Source of the DNA: Mobula hypostoma
Lineage: Eukaryota
NCBI RefSeq assembly: GCF_963921235.1
Contig: NC_086108.1
Span: forward strand, 64,482,001-64,546,000
Direction: 5' to 3'
DNA length: 64,000 bases
The translations under genes were made by a program, and so were the position numbers. A model generated the notes under the pieces. The model did not search any database. It had not been told where the DNA came from and was given only the letters and a program-made list of their open reading frames with translations. Below are positions 50,877 to 62,984 of this stretch, piece by piece; the first letter of the stretch is position 1; every line of letters starts with the position of its first letter.

Positions 50877-53800
50877 CGCAAGCAGAAATATCCCGTTCCT
50901 CTCCCCTGCCTCTCACCATGTGCTTTCACGTACTGTACAGTGGATTTGCCTCTGCCTCTTAGTGGCGCTCTGGTTCTCGAGTTGTCAAAAAGTCTGAACC
51001 ACTTCACCGATTTTACTTACCCCACGATCAGAAGTTAAATGTGCAAGAGCTCATGGACACATACTATATACCTGTATCTTCAAAGCTCGGAAATTAAACA
51101 ATTAAAACTTAAACGAGGCATACGTAATATTTGTTTCTGTACTAACCGATATAAAAAGCAATCTCTAATCAATAAGCCCACAAATTCAAACTCAACATTT
51201 TACTTTCAATAATTTGCAGAAGAAACAATGCTATTGAATAAATTTATAAAATGCATCAGATAAGTTTAAAATAAGCGTTCAATTCTAGTCAAATATAAAT
51301 CAATTATAGAATTCCTTCACTGCAGGAAAATAAAAGACAGGGATTACTAAAAGTCACAATATATCAAAATGCATCGAATTTCAAAGTGTGTGACAATGCA
51401 TCCACCGTCTCTACGCCCGGTGGAAGATATTTTAGAAAACGTATCAACAAATTAAATCGAATATAAACCAAGGTATTTTCTCATTTTCAAGAATTTTCTG
51501 GATGAGTCTTATATGTATTAATAATTAGATTGACGTATTATCTAACTTTCCCAAGCTCCCTCTTTACCATAGGTATTAATTAAGGGTATTTTACTACATA
51601 CAATCCATAAATAGCCGCGAATGTCAACAATTCACCCTAATGTCTGCTTATTTCAGATATTTTGCCATATAATTCACCCTTACACAATTGCAAGAGTCGC
51701 TCGGGCTCACTTTATCTGCAATGCTAACAAATGTATCTTTTTTTTATTATAGCGATTTACTTTTAAATTGATTGCAGGATATTACACCTATCTGTCTGAA
51801 TTGAATTATACAATACAATTTCAGATATGGAAAAAAAATCTAAAGTTATTCCATCTTCACAGAGTTAAACTCCCTAGAAAAGCTGTTGTGGGGAGGCAGA
51901 TAGTAACTATTAATCCTGACGTTATTACGCACACATAATCGCACGATGTTTGTTTTTGAATATATTCGGACACAGTGTACACAGTTTTCAATTTAAATTG
52001 TAATCTGAGCAGTTTTACTGTCAAAAGTGTGAATTGTGGCACTTCAAAGCTGATGAAGTGAACAGCAATGCAACAAATAGCTCCAACTACATATTACGAA
52101 GTAAATTCTAGTGAAAGCATCCTATACGATGCGCCCTGAAACACCTCCAAACTAGACAGCACTTGCATTCCAGTAACACAAAGTTTATATGTTATAGAAT
52201 CGTGTACACTGTTCTCGATATTGAGAAACAACAAACAAAGTTGATCCGCCTGTGGAATCAGAATAATAGAGAAAACACAAAGTTGAGGTGGTTCAAAATG
52301 TCCACCGACTTTAAAGTAGAAATAGTCAGAGTTGGTATTCTCAGTACTTCCAAATTTAAATAAATATTATTAGGTACAATTTTAAAAAAAAATAACGCAG
52401 CTGTACTTCAAAGTGTTACGTGTAATAAAATGTATTCGAATAAATAAAACTTCACATTAGAACCTAACCAGATGTTTTAAAGTTTTTTACCTTCAACTTA
52501 CCATGCACATATTGTAAGCAATGGATCCCAGTTTAGTACTCAGTGTATATCTTCTTATTTGCAATTAGTAATGTAATAATTTTCTTTAGTTTTTATATTT
52601 TCTTAAAGGAAATGTTGTTAAACATTATCTTGGACAAGTACTGCTACAAGTACTTTATTTTGATGCTCCTAGTTTGGAAGCTAAATTTAGAATATAGTTA
52701 ATATTTTAAGAGTTTCAAGTGATATTCGTTGCAGGCCAGTATAGCTGAACTCGAACTTTATCGTTACCATCGGGATTATTTACGCAAAATAATGTAAAAT
52801 TGGATTGCGTAATATTTGAGAAAGAAACTAGATTTTTAAAGTAAAAGTTATTCCTGCAGCCTAGAACAGTATAACGTGATTAGTCAGATCAATATTAAAA
52901 TTAATAATGTGGATTGATGTAATCATCCTCTATCTGTAGCTAGTCTAAATCTTTTATTTATTTCCATGACATTTAGTTGTAAATCTAATTGTAAAGATTC
53001 TGGCATTTCTTAAGTTTCTTATCAAAGTAATATTAACGAATAATATATAGTTCCTCAATCGTTATGCAAGCCGTTTTTACATTTAGTTTTTATTGAATAT
53101 AACGACTAATTTACATATGAAACGAGTACTTATAGAAAAAAATCCCCAAAATGTTCATTCATTTTCTCATTCTGCATACAAGTACTTTGAATCTATTATA
53201 AGTTCGAATTTGTTTTCTCTGAAACACGGGTGATTATTGAAACTATTTATAATTGTGTCGATTCAGTTTTTTTAATCGTGAACAAAATAAACCAAACGAA
53301 GCAAATACTCTAATTAAAATGAAACGAATAAAATTAGCCAAATTTGAACCGCAATGAAAGTCTTACTTTAATTCTATTACATTACAGACAGGTTGAAGTA
53401 CAAACGTATCACCTTCTCGAGGTTAGCAGAATACATAATAAAGAATTGAAAGTGGTAATTCTGCGGCAACGTTTCATCTTCAAGCGCTCTACAGTCATAT
53501 TCAAATATGAAAAATGTTAGGAAGAACAACGAAGGAATTTAGTTGTGTAATTGGAACAATTTCGTGTCTCCCTCAGTTTTATTGTAAATCTGGGATCAGA
53601 TAACTAAATTCGCTTCGGGCTTCTTGATGTTAACTATACATAGGTTAACTGTACTACAAGAAAAATAGAGAAAACGAACATGAATTGGAATAATTACCAG
53701 CATAGTGCCAAGGCTGCCGTAGACCAAAATAAAACTGCATGGAGAATCACAGTATTACTGCAATTGCACGAATGTCTCGGTGAATTTAGTTTGATGTGAC

Positions 53801-56800
53801 AAAAGTAAGATAAAATTTAGTTTCGAAACTTGCAATTCAGTTGTTTTTTTTTCTGATTTGCTCGCAGTTATTATCAATAAGTAGTTCCTCGGAATGCAAT
53901 GCGAGGTTGATAGATAGATTACATTGATAGTTATATTAATTCCGGTATTTTTGAATAAAAGAAATGCACCGTTGAATATTGCAGTATTTAGACTGATTAG
54001 AAATTTGTCACTAATATTTGTAGGCATATATGTTAAAGTCAGAGGTATCACGGAAAAGTCTATATCTGATATTGTCCAAAAACTTAATTGGTTATATATC
54101 CTCAAACCTGTACTGTTAAATAAAATATCGTTACTTCAAGTTTGTTAGTGGGTGAACACAAAAAAGTAACACATATATATGTAAATGTTTTATTTATTTC
54201 TGAAATTTGATTTGTTGCAGTTTACTATTAAGAACTTAAAGTGTTTACAGATTAAATTTTTTGATATTAGTTGCACATATTCTTAACACCTCAGCTTTTC
54301 ATAATTACTCAAGATTCAAAGTATTTGTGGCAGCATTCTTAATTGTTCGTCCCGATTTCAATCAACTGCTTTAATCATTATTTTACTGTTTATTTTGTAC
54401 TGTCTACAGAATTAAAATTCGTTCCTTCAGCATATTATTCTCACCTCCTGGTCAAAACAGTCACATTTCGTAGGTGAATAAATATGTTTTTTATCGTTAC
54501 GTTCCTTTCTTTTGTATTATCTGCTCGTATTATTGGAAGAATAAATAACCAAAAATTTGCTCATAGAGATTAGTTTTCAACCATTGTTTTGTCACTCCCT
54601 TTTGAAAATTTTATATTTAACTGTTTTCCTGAAATTTGATGCAAATTGGGAAAAAAAGTTCGAATAAATTCCATGAAAAATAAAGACAGCAAAAATAAAT
54701 GTAGGATTTCCACACAGCACATATGGTCACGAGTTTTAAATGTGTCCTTTTGGCTTTTAAGTTATACGTGTAATGAAAAAAAGTATATCGTAGAATGTAT
54801 CGTAATGAGAGTTCCGATTATTATATATTATTATTCATATGTAAATTTAGTCATCAATTGCGCAACCTGTAATCATGTTTTGTTAGAGTAGTTATAAACC
54901 TTCTATCTTTCAATTGAACGTCATCTCATATGTACCCAGTAGAATTAATATAAAACTAAATTTTTGAAAACAATGTTTCACTCAATTAATACAGATCTAA
55001 ATATCGACTCTTTAAGCTTCTCTTTAGAGCCAGCTCTTTCGCTAATATATAAGTAGCAAATAGGGATTCGCAGAATTTTATTTTATTTTAAGTTTGTCTG
55101 TTTGTATTTGTATATTAATTTCCTAATTGTAAGTATTAATGAGCAACTTATTAATAACATTTCCCATTTGATCCCTTGATCTATGTTGAAGTTGTAAACT
55201 ATACTGATTAAATTTTAAATCTGTTCAGTTTAAACGTAGTTCACATTTAATTTATATTTGACCATGAAAAAGGTTCACATGCACGTGGAAATCATTGGGT
55301 AATTTCATATGTACTAAATGGTCCTGAAATAAACACATACATCTTCTTTCTGGGGCTAATTGTTTATAATTAGCTAAGCCACGTATACTAAAGTTAGTCG
55401 CGAGTAATTAGTGGAATCAATATTATAACTAACGGTATAATTTAAGAATTAGTTAATCATTGTGTTCTTCTGATTGATATATAATTAACAAAAGCACGTT
55501 CCATTAATTATGATCATATTTATTTAAAAAAATTAAAACCAGTACAATTTCTGCAGGCACTTGCATTGCTGAAAGTAATAGTTCAGGTATATTTTATTTA
55601 CGCTTCGTCCAGGATTTTACTACAAACGGGTGTCAGTTTTCCACCACCAATCGATAGAGTCCACAGAATAAAATTATTGCACCTTCTTTTACAGTCATGC
55701 GCGCAGAAGATAGTTAACTTTCCAATCACTGAAATATAAATTCGCAAGTTGTATCAACGTTGAAGGAACTAGAATTGCTGAAGTAACCGTTTACAGTAAC
55801 TCATAAAAGACTAAAATTATATTCAACAGACGATGAGTCTTATTTTTTTAAATAATAAATAATGAACAGAAACATTTATAGAATTCTGATGTAATACTTT
55901 ATTTTAAGTACGACAATGCAGGTGCGTAAGCGAATTCAAGAAACACCTAGTTACGAAGGCTAAAAAAGAAACACAGCTAAATATTCTTTTGACTTTCATT
56001 TTTTGGGCTATTTTTGACTGTGCGACAGAACATCGGCAAGGTATATTTTGAGCGTTATCATAACCAGGCGGATATTAAAACTTCTTTTGGTGTTGCATTA
56101 TTTGATCTTTTGCAAGAGTAAATAATAATTTAATTTGAACATGTTTAGACTACCTATGCAAAACTTATAAAATATGTAACAGCGGGCTAAATAAAAAAAA
56201 TAAAGCGGAGGAAGTTTTACTGAACTTGCAAAACTTTACTCTAGATTACAAGCGAAGTATCAGTTTAAATCCTAAAGGCACAGGATCGAAAATCATTGTG
56301 TGAAAAGAACCATGAATGCAAAACACAACTTTAAATACTGCGACTTCAACTCCGAATCTGAAGAAAACGTCTATCTTTTGTCCCTGAAAGTTTTTTAAGA
56401 TTAAAATTTAATTATAAATATCATTATTTCAACAATAGCGCTGGTTTTGCGCCGAATCATAATTTGCGTATCATAATGAAAACGTTAAACTTGTTGGTTA
56501 CATTCAAATTAAGGTAACTTTTCTTGCTTTCATTATTTGTTATAGTTAATGGCTATGATTTAAGCAGCTTCGTCCCTCCTCATATATTTCATAATTTAAC
56601 AGGGAAAAAATGGGCATTTGTAAATATTCATTGGGGTCTCAACTCCATTTCAGCAAGTAATCCGTCGAATACCCACTTCGCAGAACTGTCGAAAGAGTGA
56701 AACAGAACCAAGTTTTCTTTTAAACTTTATTTTAAACACTTTTTTACTAGCTCTGTTTCAAAGCAGAGCATGTAAAGTCGATATTTCAAGAGAAAAGAGA

Positions 56801-59369
56801 AAAAAAACGGTGGTAAAGGCCACAAAAAAGATCGCGACTTGGTGGAGCGCACCATTCTAAGTGGGGGTGGGCATTCAACTCCCTCGCAACATTTTCCAAA
56901 ATCAGTAAATCACCTTTTTTTTTGTTGTTGCTATTAGAGCCCTCTAGTTGTGGGACTGCATGGTGTTAAACAAGAGATCTGGGATCTTAACGTTAGGGTT
57001 CGCGAAGAGCGGCGGAGTAATGTACAAAGACTTTCTCGTTCGCACTCCCCGTTCTGGAATGTCTTCAGATCAATATCTGCAGCGCAAAATCAATACGGAC
57101 ATCTTCGCAAGTGACATGTATTCATATCATTAGGGGGAAACGCGATGACTCCTTGTTTTAGAATAAATCAATGCTGCATCTTTTCAGAGAGAAAAAAATC
57201 GGGCAGATTTTGCATTGTGATCACTTTCAGTGAACGTCAGCTCGCTTTGTACGTGCTGTCGCGGCGTCTAGTTTTGTTGAGACTTTATTTTTTCCCATTT
57301 GACTCTGTTTTTTTTTATAAAGCGCCGGATCATTTTATTAAACATTGCGATCGCCTCGACCATAGAGAATATTCAGTTAAAAAACACAGATATCTGATTA
57401 ATGTCAAGGTGACATTATTGACTTAAGGAGTGGCGAAATACCTTTGTCATCATGGTAGTAGTCGACGATAGATTGCATTTTCAAAAGTTCGTCTGGGTGG
57501 TTGCTGGCCGATCGAGACTGCAGTCAGCCTGCACTGGGAATCTTATTAAAGACAACGTATCAAATATATTCTCGAATGCCGCAATTGTGGTTGGATTAAT
57601 TTGTAGTAACCAAAAGGGAAACAATTATACCATTCGCATTTGTGAACTTCTGAAATGTAAATAAAATCTATGGGAAAATCTGTAACATTTACCAGCAAAT
57701 GCAGCTATGAAACCATGTGTCAAATATAAGGCTGCAACACTCTTTATTTGCGGTATGCCAAAATGACAAATCCAAAACTTTATGCCTTTCCATACTTAAT
57801 CAATGCACAAACTGAGACCAGTTAGAGTTCAGAACATGATTGGTGCAATGAGGTGTTACATGATGTCTACCTAAGCAGATGTGCAATTGAATGAAATATA
57901 TTATTCTAATTTCAATTTGATTTTGTGTATGCTAATAACTTAGCATTTTCAATCTTTCTGTTTAAAATAAATCGCAAATTATAAAATTTTCTCATTTCCG
58001 ATGATTTTTTTTATTTTAAAGACATCCAATGTGGGTCCTTTGGAACTACGTTTTATCTCAACATTTATCAATTGTGTACACTGTTGAAACGCACCATACA
58101 ATCAGTTTCCCCACTCACACTGTACTGTATGTGCACGCATTTTATTAGTCGAACAACATATGATGTGTACACAATGTCTAAGCTCGCACATTTGCAAGAA
58201 AATGACGGCTAAATAATCAATAACTGCATTGCTGGTCAAATTTGAAATATTGAATATGATTATTAAATAAAGTATTATACATTATTTTATTTATATTATC
58301 TATTTTTAATTTATGGCTAAGACACTTCAAATTCAGAATCTCACAAGTTGTAATACACAAACAGTTAAATAATATTTATTAAACCTTCAATGGCAAGATG
58401 GCTTGTAGTGATATGATTCGCACAGGGGCCCAAACAGGTGATGTAAGTTCCGAACGCGAATGTCAATCGCATTCAGTAGGTGTGTAACCGCATCATTAAA
58501 ATGCGTGTATAATAATTACCGAGAAAACGCGCGTATTTGACTTACGTTTATGATCTATCTTAAATACAGCATCAAAAAGTTTTGATATTTGATGACAGTC
58601 TGGGTAATTAAAACAAGTATACAGTATACATAAAAATAAAAGAATTGTCATTAATACGTGCTTGGATGACGACATTTGTTTCGGATAATGAATTAACATT
58701 GCTGTGCGCGTGCTTATTTCCTCTTTGATAGTAAGTAAGATAAATGACACATTCTGTGAAGCACAATCTTTATTGGATGATGTAAGAGAATACACCAACG
58801 TTAAACTGTTCAATAATTATGCTTCAAACACAACTGTGCTCGTTCACAAATTTCAAATGCAGTAAATTCGCATTCTCTTAGCTCTAACGATATATATTTA
58901 ATAAAACATTACCAACATTTTTCTCCTATTCTGTAATTATTGTTGCCATTTAAGTACATTGAAACTGATAAACTGATAGCTGCTCATTTTCTTAAAAACT
59001 CATTCAATATGCCTATAAAGGTCAGTAATATCCCAGCAATATTTTTCGACACACTTCTAGGTTAACAGATTATTTATTTATTTATTTGCAGTGATATTCC
59101 AAGGTTACCACCTCCTTTTTGCTTCGGTATTAAAGGTCTATGAATCAATCGGTTATAAGTGTTAAATAGAAATAGGCCAAGATCTGTTGAACTGTGCACG
59201 CAAATTATCGGGTAGACGAAACACAAGTTACAAAAAAAATCTATTGTGTTCTCTTACCTACTTCTGCTATTCAAAAAAAATCACAGCAGATTACAAATGC
59301 CTTCTGTATATACATATAAAATGAAAGAAGCTTCACACCGTGCAGACCAAAACGGTGAAGGAATAGAAG

Positions 59370-59818
59370 ATTGGCCCGGGAATGGATTCCCAGGCCAGAC
59401 GCTCGCGCGACTTACGTCTCCCGGGATTCTGGATGCCGATTGGTCAAACGTGCGGTCCCCTCCGTGCGTGGTTTCTATGCAAATACCGATGCGGAAATAA
59501 ACAGTAAGGACTGCAAATCGATTGCAACTTCTCAGGGCGCTCCACAAAAGTGCTCTTTCGCCATCAACACTGAGCCAGAGCTGTGAGCGATCTTGGAACG
59601 CTTTCAAAGGGGCTTCTTCTTGGGAAACAAAAACCCTCAGGCATCATTCGCTGACTTTTTTTTGCAGTGGCGTTTGCATGGTTTCGCTTCCGGTTTGCAA
59701 CGGTTCCCAGTTTATATATTAAAACCAAAATATAATCAACAAAAAGACGACAACAATGAAGCTAAACGTCTGAACAATTTAAAGTTTCTCACGTACTCTT
59801 TACATGGCAATGGTACGT
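59370..59818 (+). promoter_or_regulatory. Candidate upstream promoter and alternative first exon ending ATG GCA ATG|GTACGT
   Basis: CpG cluster with ATTGG 59439, octamer ATGCAAAT 59477, ETS-type CTTCCGGT 59687, TATA-like TATATATTAAAA 59713, then ATG 59804 and 59810 directly before donor GTACGT 59813. Confidence 0.4.
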
Positions 59819-60142
59819 GATACATAATGAACTTTATTTCAATTATGATTTTATTAGCGATATTCTAAATTTGAATGCAAAATATTTTAGGGATATTTAA
59901 AGTATATTTAATAATGTTTCAGCCTGGTATTTAATGACAGATGTCTATTTTTTATTCACGGCGGTTCCAGTTTGCGTCCATGTAGAATTGTCAATTATTG
60001 CGCCAAGATTGGGCTGTCGAAAAGCGCTGAGCTTGGCAATTTTCCCCCGTCGCTGCTTGGTGCAAGAGCAGAAAAAAATGTTGCGCGCTCGCTGTGTCGA
60101 GACGTGTGATTTAGTCTCAAAACCCCTTTTCTTCGAACAGCC

Positions 60143-60204
60143 AGCCGAGACGTGAACTTGAACCGACATGATAGGCAGATGCTTCTACCAATTGAAATTT
60201 CGGT
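60143..60204 (-). pseudogene. Degenerate tRNA-like sequence (tRNA pseudogene or SINE head)
   Basis: Minus strand ACCGAAATTTCAATTGGTAGAAGCATCTGCCTATCATGTCGGTTCAAGTTCACGTCTCGGCT: A-box-like TTCAATTGG, B-box-like GGTTCAAGTTC, partial acceptor stem CCGA/TCGG. About 10 nt too short and T stem broken. Confidence 0.3.
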
Positions 60205-60299
60205 GGGCATCCTCCGCGTTGCGCTGCACCAATCGATGCGCTTTAGATGTAGTTTCCGCTATCAAGTTTGGTTTATTTGCAATCAGATACTTTGATACA

Positions 60300-60318
60300 G
60301 TATTTTGGGAACTGTAGT
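60300..60318 (-). promoter_or_regulatory. ZNF143/SBS (ACTACA-type) motif
   Basis: Minus strand reads ACTACAGTTCCCAAAATAC, close to the ACTACAnnTCCCAnnATGC consensus. Confidence 0.5.
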
Positions 60319-61919
60319 TCGATATGTACAGTACTAAAGCTAGATCAATAAATTTAATAAGGACGAGTAGTACAAGATTATATGCCATGTTTTATTTTCG
60401 TAGATTATAATGCGGAGTGTGTCCCAGTATACACCGTGTAGCCAAAAAAAACGCATTACAACGTCTTTTTTCCCATAAAAGAATAATTCTTGCAAAAGTG
60501 CTTTTCACTCTGTTCCATGTAATTGCTTTAAATGAGAACAGATCACGGAATAAATACATTGCATTGTATTTTAATTGTACATAACGTTTACACTTCTACT
60601 TAATTTGCATTTATTGGAATATTTGCCATGATAAACTCCGGTATTATAATACTTTGGCATTGCATGCCATCCTGTAAGTGGCCATTAATTTGCAATGGTG
60701 ATGTGAGTATAGATACCAGATCCAGGGTTCTGATGGGAAGTCAAAGCAGTTGATAATCTTCTCTTGCCTTCAGCAGGAGGGAATATATTTGAAATGTTTG
60801 TACGTCATCTGATGCAATGTTGTACATTTTTAGATAAAACGATTTTCTAAGGTGTTAAATGAATTTGGACGCTCAAAATAAATGATCGTTGCCGCAGGGA
60901 TTTCGGCAGCAAGTGAATTTAAGAATTTGGATGGTGGGCGGGGAATAGTCCCGGAGTAATTTGGCTTTAAATTGCATTGGAATAATGATTGATGGCGTTT
61001 TGCGTTGATTTGTGTATGTATTGTATGGTAACAAACCCAAACGTGGAAATGATGGGTGTTATGACTTTGTAATTCCAATCATCTTCCTTGCCACTACAAT
61101 GAAAGGCTTTGTCCATGCCGCTTTCTTCATTGCCGGGGAGCAGACACATTCCATTCTATTGACGGTCAATACCAGGCTTTGCATTATCTTAGCATTCTGG
61201 AAATATAGTATTTTTCATCAAATAATGAATATTGAATTTTTGATCGTTGTTGGAGTGAAACATTATTGCACCAATGCCCTTTGTAATATAGATCCTTAAG
61301 TATTTTAAAATGACTTTTTAATGGGAGTTTTGAAACCCCATATAATCAACTAAAATGCTTAACATACCATCGGGCAGAAACTACAGCAGATCTATCCGAA
61401 TGAATTAGTTCACGTGTCTTAAATTCTACCACTACAAAGATGGGTGCGTTTTATTTGAGGATAATTGGACAAACACGTGCCTCTGGAAAAGAACCCGTGC
61501 CGTGTTTTCGAGTTATTGTTAACGTTGCTAACATACTGAAAACTTTCATGGATAACAAGTAAGGTTGTGGTTGCAACATGTTGGAATATTTTGCATTGTG
61601 ATGAGATTCTAACCTTCTGCACATGTTTTTACTCTGCTGTATTTCGGTTCTGGTTTCGATTTGTGAATTTTTTAAAAATTCGGAGCGCACTCAATTTACT
61701 GACAATTTCACCAAGCTGTTGCCCTACTCCCTTTTTATTAGCTAAACAAACATTTCCAACCTGATTGCAGTGTTTCTGTCTTACATTTTCAAAATATTTT
61801 TCTTTAGAAAGAGATGGCTGTTAAAAAAACTCAATATATCATTCAAGTTGTGTGATAACTAAAATGCGCCGCACTCTCAGAATTTATCCTTAAAAGTGAA
61901 GTTGCGCAGTTGACAAGAA

Positions 61920-62095
61920 TAAAAACTACAAGGCCCAGAAAGCATTGCATTGATGCGCATGCGTACTGGGCATCCAATCGTTTACTATTCAGTGTTACAT
62001 ATGGGTCACTTGCGCAGGCAAAGAAAATGTCAAACAATGAACGGCAGCCGGGCGGAGGAGCGGTGGACGTGACTTTCGACTGAGTGACGCGAAGA
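61920..62095. promoter_or_regulatory. Promoter-type motif cluster: ZNF143/SBS, NRF1, CCAAT, GC box, CRE half-site
   Basis: ACTACAAGGCCCAGAAAGC 61925-61943, TGCGCATGCGTA 61954-61965, CCAAT 61974-61978, GGGCGG ~62050, GTGACG ~62083. Confidence 0.55.
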
Positions 62096-62399
62096 AGAAA
62101 AAAACAATAAATAGACACATGATTCTTAGTTATGTATTGTGATTTATTGCTGATAGAAAAAGGCGCCAAAGCGTGAGTGTGCTAACAAAACATGGGTTAG
62201 GGAAAGAAAAATACGAAATAATTTCGCAACTAACTTTGATGCTGACAAGGTCTATATTTTATACAAGAAAGTTGCACGCAGACTTAGAACTTTCTTAATA
62301 GATATGGCATGGTGATGGGCATTTATGGCGGAATTTATTTTCATTCTGGGCCGTAAGGAAGAAACGCACTCAGTCTGCCACAAGCGCTCAAGTCCAAGT

Positions 62400-62957
62400 T
62401 CATTGTGGGCTCTCCACATTGGCCGCTGTATCCAGCCACACTGTCCTGCTGCATTCGGGTGTTGACGCAGAGCCTCAGGGCTGGGTAGGGGATCGGGTTT
62501 TATTTAAGGATCCAGTCGTTCTGTTTTGTTCTCTCTCTCTAAAACCTTCTCAGAGAGAGCGATGTTCGCGTGGCGCTGGGAGCTGCGGTGCGTTCGAGAG
62601 GGGTGTAGTCCAGTCTGGCTCGGAGAAAGCCAGTGCTTCCTTCATTGACAGGCGACCGCCTGACTTTTCCCCGTTAAATTCGCTATCATAATCTCAAGTC
62701 CGCTGCCCTAGAAAGCAGCTCACGAGCGGGCGGGAAAAAAATCTCTCCTCAAAAGCAGGTGTGAGACCGAGGGAGAGGAAGGTGTGCGCGAGGCGGCCGC
62801 CCGACTGTCACACTGAGAGAGGCAGAGTTGCGATGTGGACTATATAGTAACTATAGGCGGGGTTAAAGTTCAGGATGGAGAAGCGAGCTGGCTTCAGTTC
62901 GAGACTGAAATGTGAAAGCCGGCTTTTCCTCTCACCACCACCAGCACCGCCACAATA
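62400..62957 (+). promoter_or_regulatory. GC/CpG-rich proximal promoter and 5' UTR of the NFI gene
   Basis: High CpG density, GC-box-like GGGCGG/GGCGGG motifs and a GCGGCCGC site directly upstream of the coding exon. TSS cannot be placed from sequence. Confidence 0.6.
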
Positions 62958-62958
62958 A
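62875..62958 (+). other. Upstream ORF (27 aa, MEKRAGFSSRLKCESRLFLSPPPAPPQ) whose TAA overlaps the NFIA ATG
   Basis: aggATGG context (A at -3, G at +4); open to TAA 62956-62958, sharing its last A with the main ATG 62958-62960. Presence in the mRNA is assumed. Confidence 0.6.
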
Positions 62959-62984
62959 TGTACTCTCCGCTCTGTCTCACCCAG
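62958..62984 (+). CDS. NFIA: First coding exon of a Nuclear Factor I transcription factor, most likely NFIA (MYSPLCLTQ); phase-0 intron follows, exon 2 lies beyond the window
   Basis: ATG TAC TCT CCG CTC TGT CTC ACC CAG followed by donor GTAGGA at 62985. MYSPLCLTQ is the NFIA N-terminus before DEFHPFIEALL (paralogues as recalled: NFIB MMYSPICLTQ, NFIC MYSSPLCLTQ, NFIX MYSPYCLTQ). Lies in a CpG-rich, TE-free region. Paralogue call rests on 9 aa. Confidence 0.85.

Noticed and set aside
50530..51007. Overlapping ORFs with HT/VC repeats
   Set aside because: Products of the (AC)n microsatellite and AC-rich flanks; no protein motif.
59470..60620. snRNA gene suggested by octamer plus ZNF143 motifs
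   Set aside because: No recognisable snRNA body or PSE.
60654..60670. TTGGC...GCCA as an NFI autoregulatory site
   Set aside because: Spacer is 7 nt, not the 5 nt of TTGGC(N5)GCCAA; I saw no full consensus site near the promoter.
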